Shown here piece after piece: positions 46,700 to 62,639 of a stretch of DNA of 64,000 nucleotides (position 1 is the stretch's first letter; each line of letters opens with the position of its first letter). The notes under the pieces are model-generated. The model searched no databases. It was not told where the DNA came from and saw only the letters and a list, made by a program, of their open reading frames with translations. The position numbers were made by a program, and so were the translations under genes. This DNA is from the human T2T-CHM13v2.0 reference genome, Homo sapiens, in NCBI RefSeq assembly GCF_009914755.1, contig NC_060931.1, one strand, 5' to 3'.

Positions 46700-49600
46700 A
46701 GCAGACCAAGATGATGGAATAGAAGCCTACACTGCTCATTCTCCTGCGCCAACCCCAGAACACCAAATTTTCACAACAATCTGCACAAAGAAAAGCACTA
46801 TCACAAGAACCAAAAATCAGGTGAGCAATCACAGTACCTGGTTTTAACTTCATATCCCTGAAAAAGGTATTGAGGAGGGCAGAAGAGACAGTTCTGAATC
46901 TCCAACGTCCTCTCCCATCTCCCACCCCTCCCCCATCCCCCGGCAGTAGCTATGCAGCATGGAGAAAGAATCTGTGCAAGTTTGTAGGATAATGCAGTGA
47001 CTTGGGGACTTTACATTGAACTCACTGCTGCCCTGCCATTGAGTAGAAAATAAAGCTGTTCTGGGCTCACAGTGGCCATGCAAGGAGGGAGCATTGAGAC
47101 CAGCCCTAGCCAGAAGAGACTCACCATCTCAGCAGCTGGAACTTGAGTTTCTTGGCAAGCCTTGCTACCATGGGCTGAAGTGCTCTGGGTCCTAGGTAAA
47201 CTTAAAAGGCAGTCTAGGAGACAAGGACAGTAATTCCTAGACAACTCCTAGTGCTAGGCTGGGCTTAGAGTCCATGGACAAGGGTAGCATGTGACCTAGG
47301 GAGACACCTGCTGGGGTGAGTAAGGGAATAGTAAATCTGGCACAATCCCTCCCCCAACCCCAGGCAGTGCAGCTTGCAGCAACAAAAGTGACTCCTTCTT
47401 TCTGCTTGAGGAGAGAAGAGTGAAAAGTAAAGAGGACTTTGTTTTGCATCCTGGTTACCAGCTCAGCCACAGTAAGATAGGGCACTGGGCAGAGTCATGA
47501 GGCCTCCATTCTAGGCTTAGATGACATTTCTACACCCATCCTGGGCCAAAAGGGAGCCAACTTCCTTGAAGGGAAGGACTCAATCCTGGCAGGATTCATC
47601 CCTTGCTAACTAAAGACCCCTTGGGCCCTAAATAACCAGCAGTGTTACCCAGGGAGTATGCTGCAGGGCTTGGGCTCTGAGACGTCCTGGCTTCATGTGT
47701 GACCCAGCACATTCCCAGCTGTGATGATTACAGTGAAAGACTCCTTCTGTTTGAGAGAAGCAGAGGGAAAAGCAAAGGGGGCTTTGCCTTGTACCTTAGG
47801 TACCAGCTCAGTCACAGTGGGGTAGAGCACCAAGTAGGCTCTTGGGGTCCCCCAGTACAGGCCTAGGCTCTTGGACAGCATTTCTGGACCTGCCCTGGAT
47901 GAGAGGGGAGCAGGGTAAGTCCCAGGTCTGGCAGCATTCACCACAAGCTCAAACAGATAATTCAAAATAGCTGTTTTGAGGAAACTCCGAGAAATTCAAG
48001 ATAATACAGAGAAGGAATTCAGAATTCTATGAGATAAATTTAACAAAGAGATTGAAATAATTAAAAAGAAGCAGAAATTCTAGAGTTGAAAAATGCAACT
48101 GACATGCTGACGAATGCATCAGAGTCTCTTAATAGCAGAATTGATAAAGCAGAAGAAAGAATTGGGAAGCTTGAAGACAGGCTATTTGAAAATACACAGT
48201 CAGAGGAGACAAAAGAAAAAAGAATAGAAAACAATGACGCACTTCTACAATATCTAGAAAATAGCTTCAAAAGTGCAAATCTAAGAGTTATTGGTCTTAA
48301 AGAGGAGGTAGAGAAAGAGATAGTGCTAGAAAGTTTCTTTGAAGGGATAATAACAGAGAAATTCCCAAACCTAGAGAAAGATATCAGCATTCAAGTACAA
48401 GAAGGTTACAGAACACCAAGCAGATTTAACCCAAAGAAGACTACCTCAAAGCATTTAATAATCAAACTCCGAAAGGTCAAGGATGAAGAAAGGATCCTAA
48501 AAGCAGCAAAAGAAAAGAAACAAGTAACACAATGGAGCTCCAATACATCTGGCAGCAGACTATTCGGTGGAAATCTTACAGGCAAAGAGAGTGTGGCATG
48601 ACACCTTTAAAGTGCTAAAGGGGAAAGAAAAACAAACAAAACAAAACCTTTACCCTAGAATAGTATATCCAGGGGAAAAATATCCTTCAGGCATGAAGGA
48701 GAAATAAAAATCTTCTCAGACTAACAAAAGCTGAGGGATTTCATCAACACCAGACTTGTCCTTCAAGAAATGCTAAAGGGAGCTCTTCAATCCGAAAGAA
48801 AAGGATGCTAATGAGGAAGAAGAAATCATCTGAAGGTACAAAACTCACTGGTAATAGTAAACACACAGAAAAACACAGAATAGTATAATGCCGTAATTGT
48901 GGTGTGTAAAATACTCTTTACTTAAGCAGAAAGACTAAATGATGAACCAATCAAAAAGAACAAAACTGGAGGAATCACATTACGTTACTTTGAATTCTAC
49001 TACAGAGCTATAGTAACCAAAACAGCATGGTACTGAAATAAAAGCAGACACAAAGACCAATGGAACAGAACAGAGAACCCAGAAACAAATCCACACACCT
49101 CCAGTGAACTCTTTTTCGACAAAGGTGCCAAGAATATACATTGAGGAAAAGAGTCTCTTCAATAAACGGTGCTGGGAAAACTGGATATCCATATGCAGAA
49201 GAATGAAACTTGCTAACTTGCTCCTATCTCTCACTATATACAAAAATCAAATCAAAATGGATTAAAAATTAAATCTAAGACCTCAAACTATGAAACTACT
49301 GTAAGAAAACATCAGAGAAACTCTCCAGGACAGCGGTCTGGGCAAAAATTTCTTGAGCATCCCCACGAGCAGAGGCAACAAAGGCAAAAATGGATAAATG
49401 GGATCACATCAAGTCAAAAAGCTGCACAGCAAAGGAAATAATCACCAAAGTGAAGAGACAACCCACATAATGGGAGAAAATACTTGCAAACTACCTATTT
49501 GATGAGGGATTAATAACAGAATATATAAAGAGCTCAAACAACTCTCTAGGGAAAAATCTAATAATCCGATTGAGAAATGGACAAAATATTTGAATAGACA

Positions 49601-50556
49601 TTTCTCAAAAGGAGATACACACATGGCAAACAGGCATATAAAAAGGTGCTCAACATCACTGATCATCAGAGAAATGCAAATCAAAACTACAACGAGATAT
49701 CATCTCACCCCAGGTAAAATGGCTTTTATCCAAAAGACAGGCAGTAACAAATGCTGGTGAAGATGTGGAGAAAAGGGAACCCTCATACACTTTTGATGGG
49801 AATGTCAATTAGTATAACCACTATGGAGAAGAGTTTGGAGGTTCCTCAAACAACTATAAAGAGAGCTACCATGTGATTTGGCCATCCCCCTACTGGATAT
49901 ATATTGAAAAGAAAGGAAATCAATATATCAAAGAGACATCTGCACTTCCATGTTTGTTGTGTAGCACTGTTCACAATAGCTAAGACTTGGAAGCAACCTA
50001 AGTGTCCATCAACAGATGAATGGATAAAGAAAATGTGGTACATGGATACAGTGGAGTACTATTCAGCCATAAAAAAGAATGAGATCCTGTCATTTGCAAC
50101 AACATGAATGGAACTGGAGGTCATTATGTTAAGTGAAATAAGCCAGGCACCAAAAGACAAACATTGCATGTTCTCACTTTTTTTGTGGGATCTAAAAACC
50201 AAAACAACTGAACTCATGGAGATGGAGAGTAGGGGATGGTTACCAGTGGCTGGGAAGGGTAGTGGGAGATGACAGGGAGGTGGGGATGGTTAATGGGTAC
50301 AAAGAAGACAGAAAGAGTAAGACCTAGTATTTGATAACACAACAGGGTGACTATAGTTAACAATAATTTAATTGTACATTTAAAAATAACTAAAATGTAT
50401 AATTGGATTGTTTGTAATACAAGGGATAAATGCTTGAGGAGATGGATACCCAATTTTCCATGATGTGATTATTATGCATTGCATGCTTATACCAAAATAT
50501 CTCATATACCCCATAAATATAATCACCTACTATGTACCCACAAAAATTAAAAATGA
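46700..50556 (+). mobile_element. L1MA-type element: 5'UTR, ORF1 remnant, large internal ORF2 deletion, ORF2 3' part and 3'UTR
   Basis: ORF 48086..48601 is ORF1p-like (NLRVIG, ITEKFPNL, RTPSRFNPKK, HLIIKL). The sequence jumps to late ORF2 at ~48957. 3' end tactatgtacccacaaaaattaaaaat. Confidence 0.92.
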
Positions 50557-50906
50557 GAAAAATTGTATAGTGTATTATAATATCATTTGGGTAAAAAAAT
50601 CCACACAGAATATCTGGATGATATACACTAAGGAGCTAATAGTTAACATCACCTGGGTAATGAGAATATGGCATTTTATTTTATTTTGGTTTATCTGTAT
50701 ACTGATTTTAATGCTGTAATAATAAAGGTGATTTTAAATTAAAATTTTGAGGAAAAAATTGTAACAGATATACAGCTGGTACGCTCAGATGATTCTGATT
50801 ATACATTTAAAAACCTGTATTAACTTTATTCTTTCGAATTTGTTCAAATATTTTCAAGGCTACTGCCCTAGTAACAGGTAGGAGTTTAAGCATAGAATCC
50901 CTTTAG

Positions 50907-51239
<333 letters not shown>

Positions 51240-52559
51240 TAATAATAAATATTTAGGAAAGACCTCTCTAACAAGTTTAGAGAAACAGAATCAGAATATG
51301 ACAAGATGTTCTAATACACCTGTCCAGTAACAGAAACACCAATACAAACATAATAAACAGCCTCTATACTTCTCTTTTAATATTACAACTCCAAATCATT
51401 GCTTTTACTACTGCAAAGTAATTCATATAGACAGAAGAATGCATAAAACATACATATATGGTTTAAAGAATAATTATAAAGTGAATACTTCAAATGCTTT
51501 CTTCAGGAAAAGTGTTTAGGCAAAGTAATGTTCTGGAACCCTAGATCACTGACCCCCTCCCCTCAATCTCATCCCTGGCAAGTCAAAGCATGAGGGCAGC
51601 ACCCCACATTCACCCTATCTGGTCTATAGTGTTGGAAACATCCTTTGATCTCTCATCTCTATCCTGATTTGGGTTCCATATGTCTAACCACCACTTCCTA
51701 GTGTGACTAAGTCTCATGCCAAACCCAGCCCAGACACTCTGTCCTGCTATTTCCAGGCCTCCTCCTCAGGATTTGGAGCCTGCCCTGGTCTAGTATGATC
51801 CATCTGTTCACAGAAATTCTGCCCCTGTAAACATATCTCTTATTAACTCTCCTCCCCCTAACTGCCTGCCATCTCTGCAGCACTTCTGCAGCCTCTTGGA
51901 ATTCCTGCTTGATATCCCATGTAGCTCAACTGGTTGCCATGGGATGGACCACTTGTATGAGTGAGGGTGTGATGGCTGTGCTGTATCCTTAGTGTGTATC
52001 TATGAATAGAAGACTTGGCTGCTTTTCCATGGGCCAGGAAAAGGTGATGTGGTCAGGTCAGTTCCACCAAGCCTTCATTCTCACTTCTCCCCCAGCCTGG
52101 AGGGTCCAAGACCTCAGCATCTGAGTCTGTCTGAGTTATGACATCTTGATAGCTTCTTACAGCTAAACTCTATCACCCTTGCTCAAGTATAAAATATAAT
52201 AAATATGAACAATACTCTGGACATAAAAGTTATTTCAAGAGCTTTCAGCAAGAACACTGGGGTGTGTGTAAGAGAGATGGGGGTAGCAGGAGAGAATTCC
52301 GCCCATCAATTCAGTGAAGAAAAACATGTAACTACTCTTTGGTCTCTATGAACCCTTTTATATATTTACCAGAGGTTCAAATCTGATTTTTTTATCCAGT
52401 AGGATTACACTAGATAGGGGGTTAGGTTTTAATCTATTTCTGAAAAACTTAAGCTATCACACAGAAAATATAGCATATCTTTTATTGTTCCTTGAGGTTT
52501 TCAGCACGCACCCTTAATATACCATACAAATACTGGAGATTTTTAAGGCAATCCAAGCA

Positions 52560-52760
52560 ACTACCTTTTATGAGTGCTTACTGTGTGACAGGCACTGCTC
52601 TGCACTGCGTGTATATTCTCTTCTCACACAATCCTTGAGGCAAGATATTGTAACGTAAGGAGCTTATGTGATTTGCCCAATGTCACAATATTAGAAAGTA
52701 TCACAGTCAGAATTTGAACCAAAATTTGTATTCACAACTACCATATAACATTGCCTCCCT
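52560..52760. mobile_element. MIR fragment (other MIR remnants near 3330-3520, 13340-13545, 20030-20150, 45680-45880)
   Basis: gagtgcttactgtgtgacaggcact; gatttgcccaatgtcaca...gaatttgaacc. Confidence 0.65.
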
Positions 52761-55700
52761 CTACTGTTGTTTTAGCCAAGTTTTGAATTCAAGTAATTAA
52801 TTCAAACATTTTTAATTTATAGATAAAATACTGCATGGTAGGTATCGCTAGGAAAGACCAAAAATGGTTAGCTTTTCAAAAGAAAGGTATCTTTGTGGGA
52901 GACACCCTGAGAGAGGGCTCAGAGTGGTATATGGAGCTGAAATAATTTCAAATGCAATAAGCTCACGAATCTTATAATGAAATGGCTAGTTTATGTCTTC
53001 AAATCATGCAGGGAGCAAAAGGGATCATGCAACCTGGATAAGGTAGGGAGGAAGGGCAGGTGGGAGCAGATGGGGCATAACACAGGAGCTTAGGAACACA
53101 ACAAATGTGCTAGAAATCATTCACTCTTTCATTCAACGACAAGGGATAGGGAAGAAATGGGTTCAAGAGCAGTGAATAATACAAATGAGGTTCTAGAAGG
53201 TAGACTTGTAAGGCAGAAACAGCTGTTGCCTAGAGTTTAAGCCAAAAGGTTATCCAGTTTCCTAATACTAGAACCAGCCAGGGAGTCAGTAAATTCCCCA
53301 GGTGGGAAAAGGGTCTACTGTGAGTGAGATTTTGAACTAGAGTATGGACTGGAGAAAACAAATGGGAATAAACAGTCTTCCCATTAGGTGAAAGGCTAAG
53401 AGTCAATGAAGTCATAGAAATGAGGCTGGAAAAGTATGGTTTGGCACTGCCTGTGCTTTAATTGGAAATATTAAGTGCAACAGAATAGTGGTTGGGTGCT
53501 TAAATGCCTAAAAATCTGAGCAATACAGGCTCAACAGCACCAAACTGCAGATGTGAGATTCTTGTGCTGCATGTAATTGAGAGATGGCTTTGTTACCATG
53601 GTAAAATCCAGCTATACTCCTAACCTGGATGGGGTGGTTAAATACGGATCATTTGCATTCTGAGGAATACTTGTAAAACCACAGTTTAGGCTTTCACATA
53701 GAGAATATTTTTTCTACCAAACCCAGTGAAGGCATGGAGCATGGCAATGTGGATATGAGAGTAAGAAGACACTGTCTTCTCTACTAGAGAACTCGTTTTC
53801 TTGTGGAAGACACAAGCACAGCTAAAGTGTTACCAGTGTTATGGCAGATGTATGCTGGCAGATGGATGAGGGAAGAATTAATGAAGCCATTTGTTTTTTC
53901 CAGGGGAAACAAGGCAATGTGACCCCGGCTTCTTGAAGCTGCTACTGGACTGGGGGAACAAAACGATGTCACTGTAATAGTGAAGGATAGTTCTCTGCAT
54001 TTGCTATGTTGGAATCTGTGCAAGTTATCTTAAAATGGCATGGAGATAATTTACAAATTAGAGAGGAGAGAGATGAGAACCATCCTTGCTTTACTATACT
54101 TGGAGTCTGAAATCAGATCTGGCCAGAGAGATGTGCTCCCTCAGACTCTTACAGAATTATTAAAATGCAGGCTTTGCAGCAGCAGCAGCAGCAGTAGTAG
54201 TCTCATCTTCTTTGAGATCATATAGTTTGGCTCACAGTGTATTTCTTTCTCTGGAATAAAAATCAGTTGGTACAGCAATGAATACTGCATTATGTTCTAG
54301 GCTACTTTTTGACTACTGTCTTAGATATGTGAAAGAGAATGTCAGTGGTCAGTCCCGGACAGTGTTCCAGAAGTGTGATATTTGAGTTATACAAGATATA
54401 TGATTGAGAGATCCACATCTACAATTTACTAATTTAAAAACTGGCACAGGAATTCATGGAATTAGTCAAATTAAGGGGTCTGTAACTTGTGAAAAGTAGG
54501 TAATCACATTAAAAAAATACAGTATGGTAGACAATCCAGTTGAAACTCTGTATTACCAGTTAATAAAAACCAGATTTAAATAGTTTTTGGAGGAAAATAC
54601 CTTTCTTTGGGGAACTTTTTCAAAATGAGTAGTCATCCTTTATGTCATTATTAAAAATTTATTAAATTCCAAATATTTGTCAGCCTTCCAGTTTAGCATT
54701 AAGAATGTAACAAGGAAATGAACACAGTCTCTGCCCTTGAGGGCACTGCATGTCTGATCTCCACACTTATCTGTTAATACCGATTACAACACTGGGATAA
54801 AGACCACTAGAAACCAGTTCTGCTGGGGAAGGGAAGGAAGACCTTATCGAAAAGGATGGTCTTTGATCTGAGGTCAAAGGACTATTTGACCTCAGTTGTA
54901 AAGGATAAAAGGGTCATCAAGCAGGCAAGGGAGGAAAAGTCAAGGGAGGGAAGAAACAATACACTTAAAGGCACCGGGGAATAAAAACACACGTATGAGA
55001 CTATGGGGACACGACCATTCAACGCAATGTGGGATCTTGGAATGGATCCTGGAACAGAAAAAATGACATTCGTGGGAAAAGTTATTGTGAAATCCAAATA
55101 AATTCCATGTTAACAGAATTGTACCCAGATTAATTTAGTTTTGATAAATATACTATAGCTTATATAAGAGGTTAACATAAGGAGAAGTTGGATGAAGGTT
55201 ATATGGGAATTTCCTGTACTATTTTTGCAACTCTTCTATAAATTTAAAATATCTTTAAAATAACTGCTAAAAAAAAGTACGGGCATATTGAGGCAACTAT
55301 ACATAGTTAAGTATGTCTGGAGTAGGGAATTTTTCAATACATAAAAGCCTTGGGATTACCCCCAAATCTCTTGAATAAGAAAAATCTCAGGTGGTTCTAA
55401 TACTCACCTCTGGTTTAAATTCCTTGGATTAAAGTATTATCGAGGAGGTGGAACTGACCAGTCATGCAACCAACTATTTAGACATGGTGGGTAAATGTGA
55501 CAAGAGAAGCCTGTGACAAGGTTTCTCTTCATGGCAGGAGTGGATGGAGACAAGACAAAATGCTCAGTTTTGGATATGCTGAGTGTGCAGTGTCTTTGGG
55601 AAGACCAACTGAAGATGTTCAGTAGGCTGGTAAAAGTTTTGCACTAGAAAAACATATCTGGCAGTTAACAGCATAGCTTACCTGCCCAAATGGATGAGAT

Positions 55701-57690
55701 GGATCTAGAGAGTATAAGACACAGATGGTAGCCAAGGGCTAAACCCCTGGTAACATCAACATTTAAGGTATCCATAAAGAGAAATGAGTCCTCAAAGAGG
55801 AGGAAGGATGAAACTCAGGAGCACATCGTCAGGCCAAGGAGTGTGGGATTTTCAAGAAGTGTTATTAATAGTGCTCTATGCTATAGGGCAGTCAAGTATG
55901 GAAAGGTTTTTAAAATGTCTAGTGGCTTTAGCCCCTGGCTGGGCACTAGTGACCTAAAGGGGAAAAACTTCAGTTGAGCAATGAGGATGTGAGGAAGCAG
56001 AGGCAATGAGGGAAGACAGACATTTCACGCAGGCTGCATGTCATGACGGGAAGGGAAGAAGGAACATGGTGCCTATTTAAAAAAAATTATTAAAAAAAAA
56101 AGGCTTGAGCATGTTTATGATCTGTGTGAATACTGCTGGAAGAGATGCAGGAGGAAGAGAGAGGACATTGGGAGGGGCAGGGTCCCAGAAGAGTCAGGAG
56201 GGAGGGAGATCCTGAAGGAAGTAGGTGGAAGAACTAGTCTTGAAGCAAAGGAATCCTGCCCAATCCCCTGAGACAGGAAGCCGGAAGGAAAGGAAGGATG
56301 CAGATAAGTTTGCAGGTGGCAAGGAGAGAGCACAAGAAGTTAAGGAAGTTCCTGTCTGATGGCATCTGTTTTCTCTGTTAAGTAGCTGGGAAGTGGTGGG
56401 GTAGGGAGAATGGTAAGCTCTTGTAAATAGCTCTTGTGAGGACTAGTTTGCCTGCAATGTTGATGGACCCACATCTATACCCAGGTAGATGCTAACCTAT
56501 AGCAACTGTATAATTTCTTCTAGCAATGCCCTAATCTGTCAGCATTGCCCTCTCCTATCCCCAGCCCTAATTTCTTCTAGGGCTGGGGATAGGAGAGGGC
56601 AATGCTTACAGATTCATCTAGGACTATTTTTTATTTCCTATGCAGGCACAGTAGAACTAAGGATTAAGAGATACCTTAGATAACAATGGGAAGAAAATAG
56701 AGTGGTCTAGTGGAGGAGAAAAAGACTGAAAAATAGGCATAGTTAGAAAATCAGAAGGTTGAAAGGCTGTGGTCAGAATATTGGGAGTTTATGATTTTTG
56801 ATATGAAGTGCTTCTGGATGATTTCATCCACCCATCTATCTAATCAGTGGGAGATTCTGATGGGTAGAGAGGCAATACAGCCTAGGGTGTGGCCATAGTG
56901 AAGTAGAAGGCAAATGGAGGTAGCTAGAGTTGAAGTGGCCAAGAAAACAAGAGGACAGGAAGTTGGACAGTCAACCAGAAGGAGAAGACTCTGAACTAGG
57001 AACTAGACTGATTGTGGAAAACTAATCAGCTACTTACCACACCACTCCATCTTCCCCCCTCTTCCTCACTGGCCCTCAAAATACAAGTTGGTGGAAGACA
57101 GTAACTAGGACACATGGAAAATTGCAGCGCTGTATGGAATGAGCCTTATAGAGGATAGGGGAGCTCTTCACAAGAGGGTGGCGAAAGAGTATCTCTGGAA
57201 AGCGTTAGGGTATTTGGAGACAGCTGACCACCAGACACTAGACACCTGGCTTAGGAAGAGGGGCTCTCTACTCCAGCAGCTATACAGGAAGCCCTCTCAG
57301 CAGAAGCAAGTCAGGTCTCACTTAAGGCAGAACATTTTGGGAGAGCTGAAGATGTAGCAGTATGAACTGGTTAGCATTGAAGGGGCTTTCTGCAGGTCAC
57401 TTAACTATCCCTAAGTGCTAGGACTAAGTCTACCTATTAAGATAGCTTAGTGTTTTCCCCCCACTGTTCAGCTTATGTGTTCAGCTTGATATGTTTTTAT
57501 ACTAAACTTACCAGGTTATTTATTTTAAAATGTTGCAGATGTTTTTTAATTTCTCTCACAGCATGTAATGAATGAAGTATCAGTCAAGTGATCAATTCTT
57601 CTATACCAAAGCCTGGGGAAGACAGATATGTTCCTGGCTTGTCTAAGATTTATAGATTATGGTTATAGGGTAAGTCTTTTAGAAGAGTTG

Positions 57691-57735
57691 GGGGAGCATA
57701 TGGGGTTCACTGGGGAGCATATGGGGTTCACTGGG
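57691..57735 (+). repeat. 21-bp tandem duplication (ggggagcatatggggttcact x2)
   Basis: Two exact adjacent copies followed by ggg. Confidence 0.95.
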
Positions 57736-58591
57736 CAGCAGGCTAGATTGCAATCCTGTCAGTCTACCTAAATTTTCAGATTCCCCTCATCTTTTCATTT
57801 TACTTATGAATGCAAACATACTACAGGAAAAGGCTACACTGAAGTTTGAGATAAGCAGAGAACAGTAGCTTCTACCTGGATTTGAGAAGTCCATCTCAAA
57901 GGTAGTGGCCAGTGAAGTGTATTTGTTGGACTACTATGGACCAAGTTAGGGACTAGGATATAGCATAAGAACCTGAAAACTTGTAGAGAAAAATGTGGGC
58001 CACAAAGGGTTTATGGACAAATTTTTAGGTAACAAAGGTGAAATAAGTTACTCCACAATAGACTTTTACTGTCTATGTCATCATATTAAATTAATCCCTC
58101 TCCAACCAGGAAACAGCATCACCTTCTATTTGGCTGACTTTGTACCTGGCTCTTTTCCTTCTTGAATGCCTTGGATTAGGAAGCCAATAAACCCCGCTAC
58201 AGGAAGCAGATTCTCTACTAAGCAAAACTCTAGCTTGTTTGAGTTGGGCACTTCTGCCATGGTGGTTCTTGACAATCAACAGTGATGAATTTACAAAACC
58301 CCAACTTCTCCAAGGCAGACGGTATTATTACTATTTTCTTACTGGACCTGAGGGTGTTTCCGAATGTACTTCCAGTGACTAAAACTCCTCCATTACAGTG
58401 AGTCAGAATGAATGGGGACTTGAGCACATAGTTACTGTCTTCCTAGGCCCCTCTTTTTGGATTCTCTCATCAATCTCCTCAAGAGATTTGACTTTTGGAG
58501 AACAAATTTGCTTCTACTCATTCTTTTTTATTTTATTTTTTGCTTCATTCTCTTTTCTTAACTTTTTCTTAATTCTTTTTTCTTAACTTAC

Positions 58592-58631
58592 TTTCCAGCA
58601 GGTAGCTGAAGAAGCTTAGCCAAATACATTC
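58592..58631 (-). other. Candidate 40-nt frameshifting (poison) cryptic exon
   Basis: Acceptor ttgtcttccttaactttgtag|GAA, donor AAA|gtaagt. Confidence 0.25.
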
Positions 58632-59559
58632 CTACAAAGTTAAGGAAGACAATAATTCTAATAGAATGAAATACCAAAACTTAAGATTAAATATGGTTAT
58701 TAGCGAACTAGCAATTCCAAAGGGAATTTTTAGGCTTATCTGTCAGCCATTTGGAGATATCACTGATGTTCTGGGGGCTCTGGAAGGACAAAATCTCTAA
58801 TGATAACTAAGTTATTTTACTTATTCTCCTAGAGCTAATGATATGCAAATTTTTATAGATTTCAGAGTTTATTTACATTGGAAACCACTCTAAATATGTA
58901 ATCAATCAAGTGATGTTGAAAATGACCTTTTCCCTTAGGATTCCTTAGACCCTGCCTAAAAGGTGAGTCCAGGTCCTTGACAAAGTATTTACTATAACAG
59001 CTCGGTAAGAACGGTTTCTTTAGAACACATTGAGAAGTGAAGTCCAGCCATTGCTACAAAGGGAAACTACCTCACAAATTTAAGGCCTAAATTAGGATAC
59101 TAATAGCCTTCAACACAGCAGATTTCTTCTTAGCTCACTGCAGGATTGAGTCTTTTAAACTAATACTTTACATGAAGAGCAAGTAGGTTTTAACCAATAC
59201 TCTACTACAAACCAGAGCTATTCTCTGTATCATATCTCCAAGACAGATTTAAAGACACATTTTTAACGCAGTTTTTTTTCATCTCTCATCAACCTTTGAC
59301 ATCATGGGCAGTACCTGCCAATGAATGACACAGAACATGGTTTATAAAAATCCAAGACAATTAATGTTCCTTCAAAACCTTACCATAAACATTACTGTCA
59401 AGATTATATGACAGAAGAATGGTCTTCACTTACATAAAAGTCCAGAATTAAATAGTATAAAACAAGGCTAAGTTTAAATTTCTGTCTCTTCCTATTTTTG
59501 TTTGGTCAAAATGAAAAAAAAATTATTAATATTATAAAATAACACTTGTCCACTAACAA

Positions 59560-60980
<1,421 letters not shown>

Positions 60981-62265
60981 TCTCTCTCCACGTTTCTTTT
61001 TAAATACTGAATTCAAGGCCGCACAATGATCAGCAGGCTGTGTGCTTTCCTGTCGTGGCAGAAGAAGGATTATGTATTATGCTGGTAATATGGTTTCATA
61101 ATCATAAACTACAAGTGGCCATAAGCTGAAACTGAATTTGTTGGCTCAGTAGTATGAGAAATAAAAATAAAAGTTGTTATACTTGGCAAGTATTTCACAA
61201 CTCTGTAAATAAGAAATACTAAATAACCCTATTCATAAGAAAACTCAGCTACTTGGGGTTTTTTCTGTGGAGCAAATGCTTCCTGATGGAGCTATACAAT
61301 GTAGGTCTGCCCCAAATTAGACAGCCTACACATACCATACTGAGTTTCTCTTGTGGTTGAGGTCACAATTTTCATGCTCAAATAAATTTCCCTTTATGGA
61401 TTAGGATTCTTAGTACTAAGTCAATCTTTGTGGAAGAGCTACAACTGAGTCAAAGTCCTATTTTTGAGAAAAGTTTTGGCCCTGACGACAGGCACCTGGA
61501 CAGGACTCTGTCTAGGAATTAATACCTGTTTGACTCCTAAATGTTCACATGGAGAAGCGAGCTCTGCTACCTGTCCTCTGGCATTTTAAGCATATGCATG
61601 TTTCTAATCAGCAACTGAGAATCTTGGTATGGTTCACGCTCACGAAGAGAAGTCAACCAGGACTTGACTGGAAAGCTAGCACTGCCAAAGACACACCCTC
61701 AGACCCATAGGTGACAGGGTCCAGATGGGATATACTATGTAGAAGTGATTCATTCTTTTACATATCATGAGGAAACGGGGAGCCCAGTCTTAGTTATCTC
61801 AGCCTTATCTTTTCTGAGCTAAGATTTAATGTTACAAAGACATTTATATGAAGTACCATTTATGTTTTCGAAAATTGAAGCTCAAGACATTGCCTGTTAT
61901 ATTATATATCTTATCGGGCAGCCTCAGACCTAAAGCTGAGATAAATAGATCATCCCCGCAGTCTAGTATATGTAGTTCCTCTGTTTGCTTTTCTGGTTAC
62001 TATGCTTTAAAATATTTTTGTTTCTTTCTATTTTAACACCTTTAGCTTTGTTAGCTCTTTTAGATTACTTTATGAAGAGAGAACGTAAAGGCCAGAAACA
62101 GAAGGATTTGGCTGTTTTGTTTGCCACTATTTTCCCAGCACCTAGAACAGTACCTGGCTGTAGTCTGTGGTCAATAAACATGTTGAACAAATAATGAGAA
62201 AATGAATGATTAAAGAAATAGACAATGAAATATACATTCTATAAAAATAGAAAATACCAGGTGTG

Positions 62266-62570
62266 GGCTGGGCGCAGTGGCCCACGCCTGTAATCCCAGC
62301 ACTTTGGGAGGCTGAGGTGGGCGGATCACGAGGTCAGGAGATAGAGACCATCCTGGCTGACACGGTGAAACCCCGTCTCTACTAAAAATACAAAAATTAG
62401 CCGGGCATGGTGGCGGGTGCCTGGTGTCCCAGCTAGTCAGGAGGCTGAGGCAGGAGAATGGTGTGAACCCGGGAGGCAGAGCTTGCAGTGAGTCAAGATT
62501 GTGCCGCTGCACTCCAGCCTGGGCGACAGAGCAAGACTCCATCTCAAAAAAAAAAAGAAAAAAGAAAAAA
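62266..62570 (+). mobile_element. AluY-like
   Basis: ggatcacgaggtcaggagat, ggagaatggtgtgaacccggga, gagcttgcagtgag; TSD agaaaataccaggtgtg. Confidence 0.94.
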
Positions 62571-62639
62571 AGAAAATACCAGGTGTGTTATATGTTGCCT
62601 CTCATTTAACTAGCAATCCAAAGAAAGTTTTTGCTTGTA

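Noticed and set aside
48086-48601. Longest ORF in the track (171 aa) as a novel gene
   Set aside because: It is a decayed L1 ORF1 fragment that starts at a non-ATG codon and drifts out of frame at its end.
54176-54201. (CAG)6 followed by TAG repeats
   Set aside because: Too short and intronic to suggest an expansion locus.
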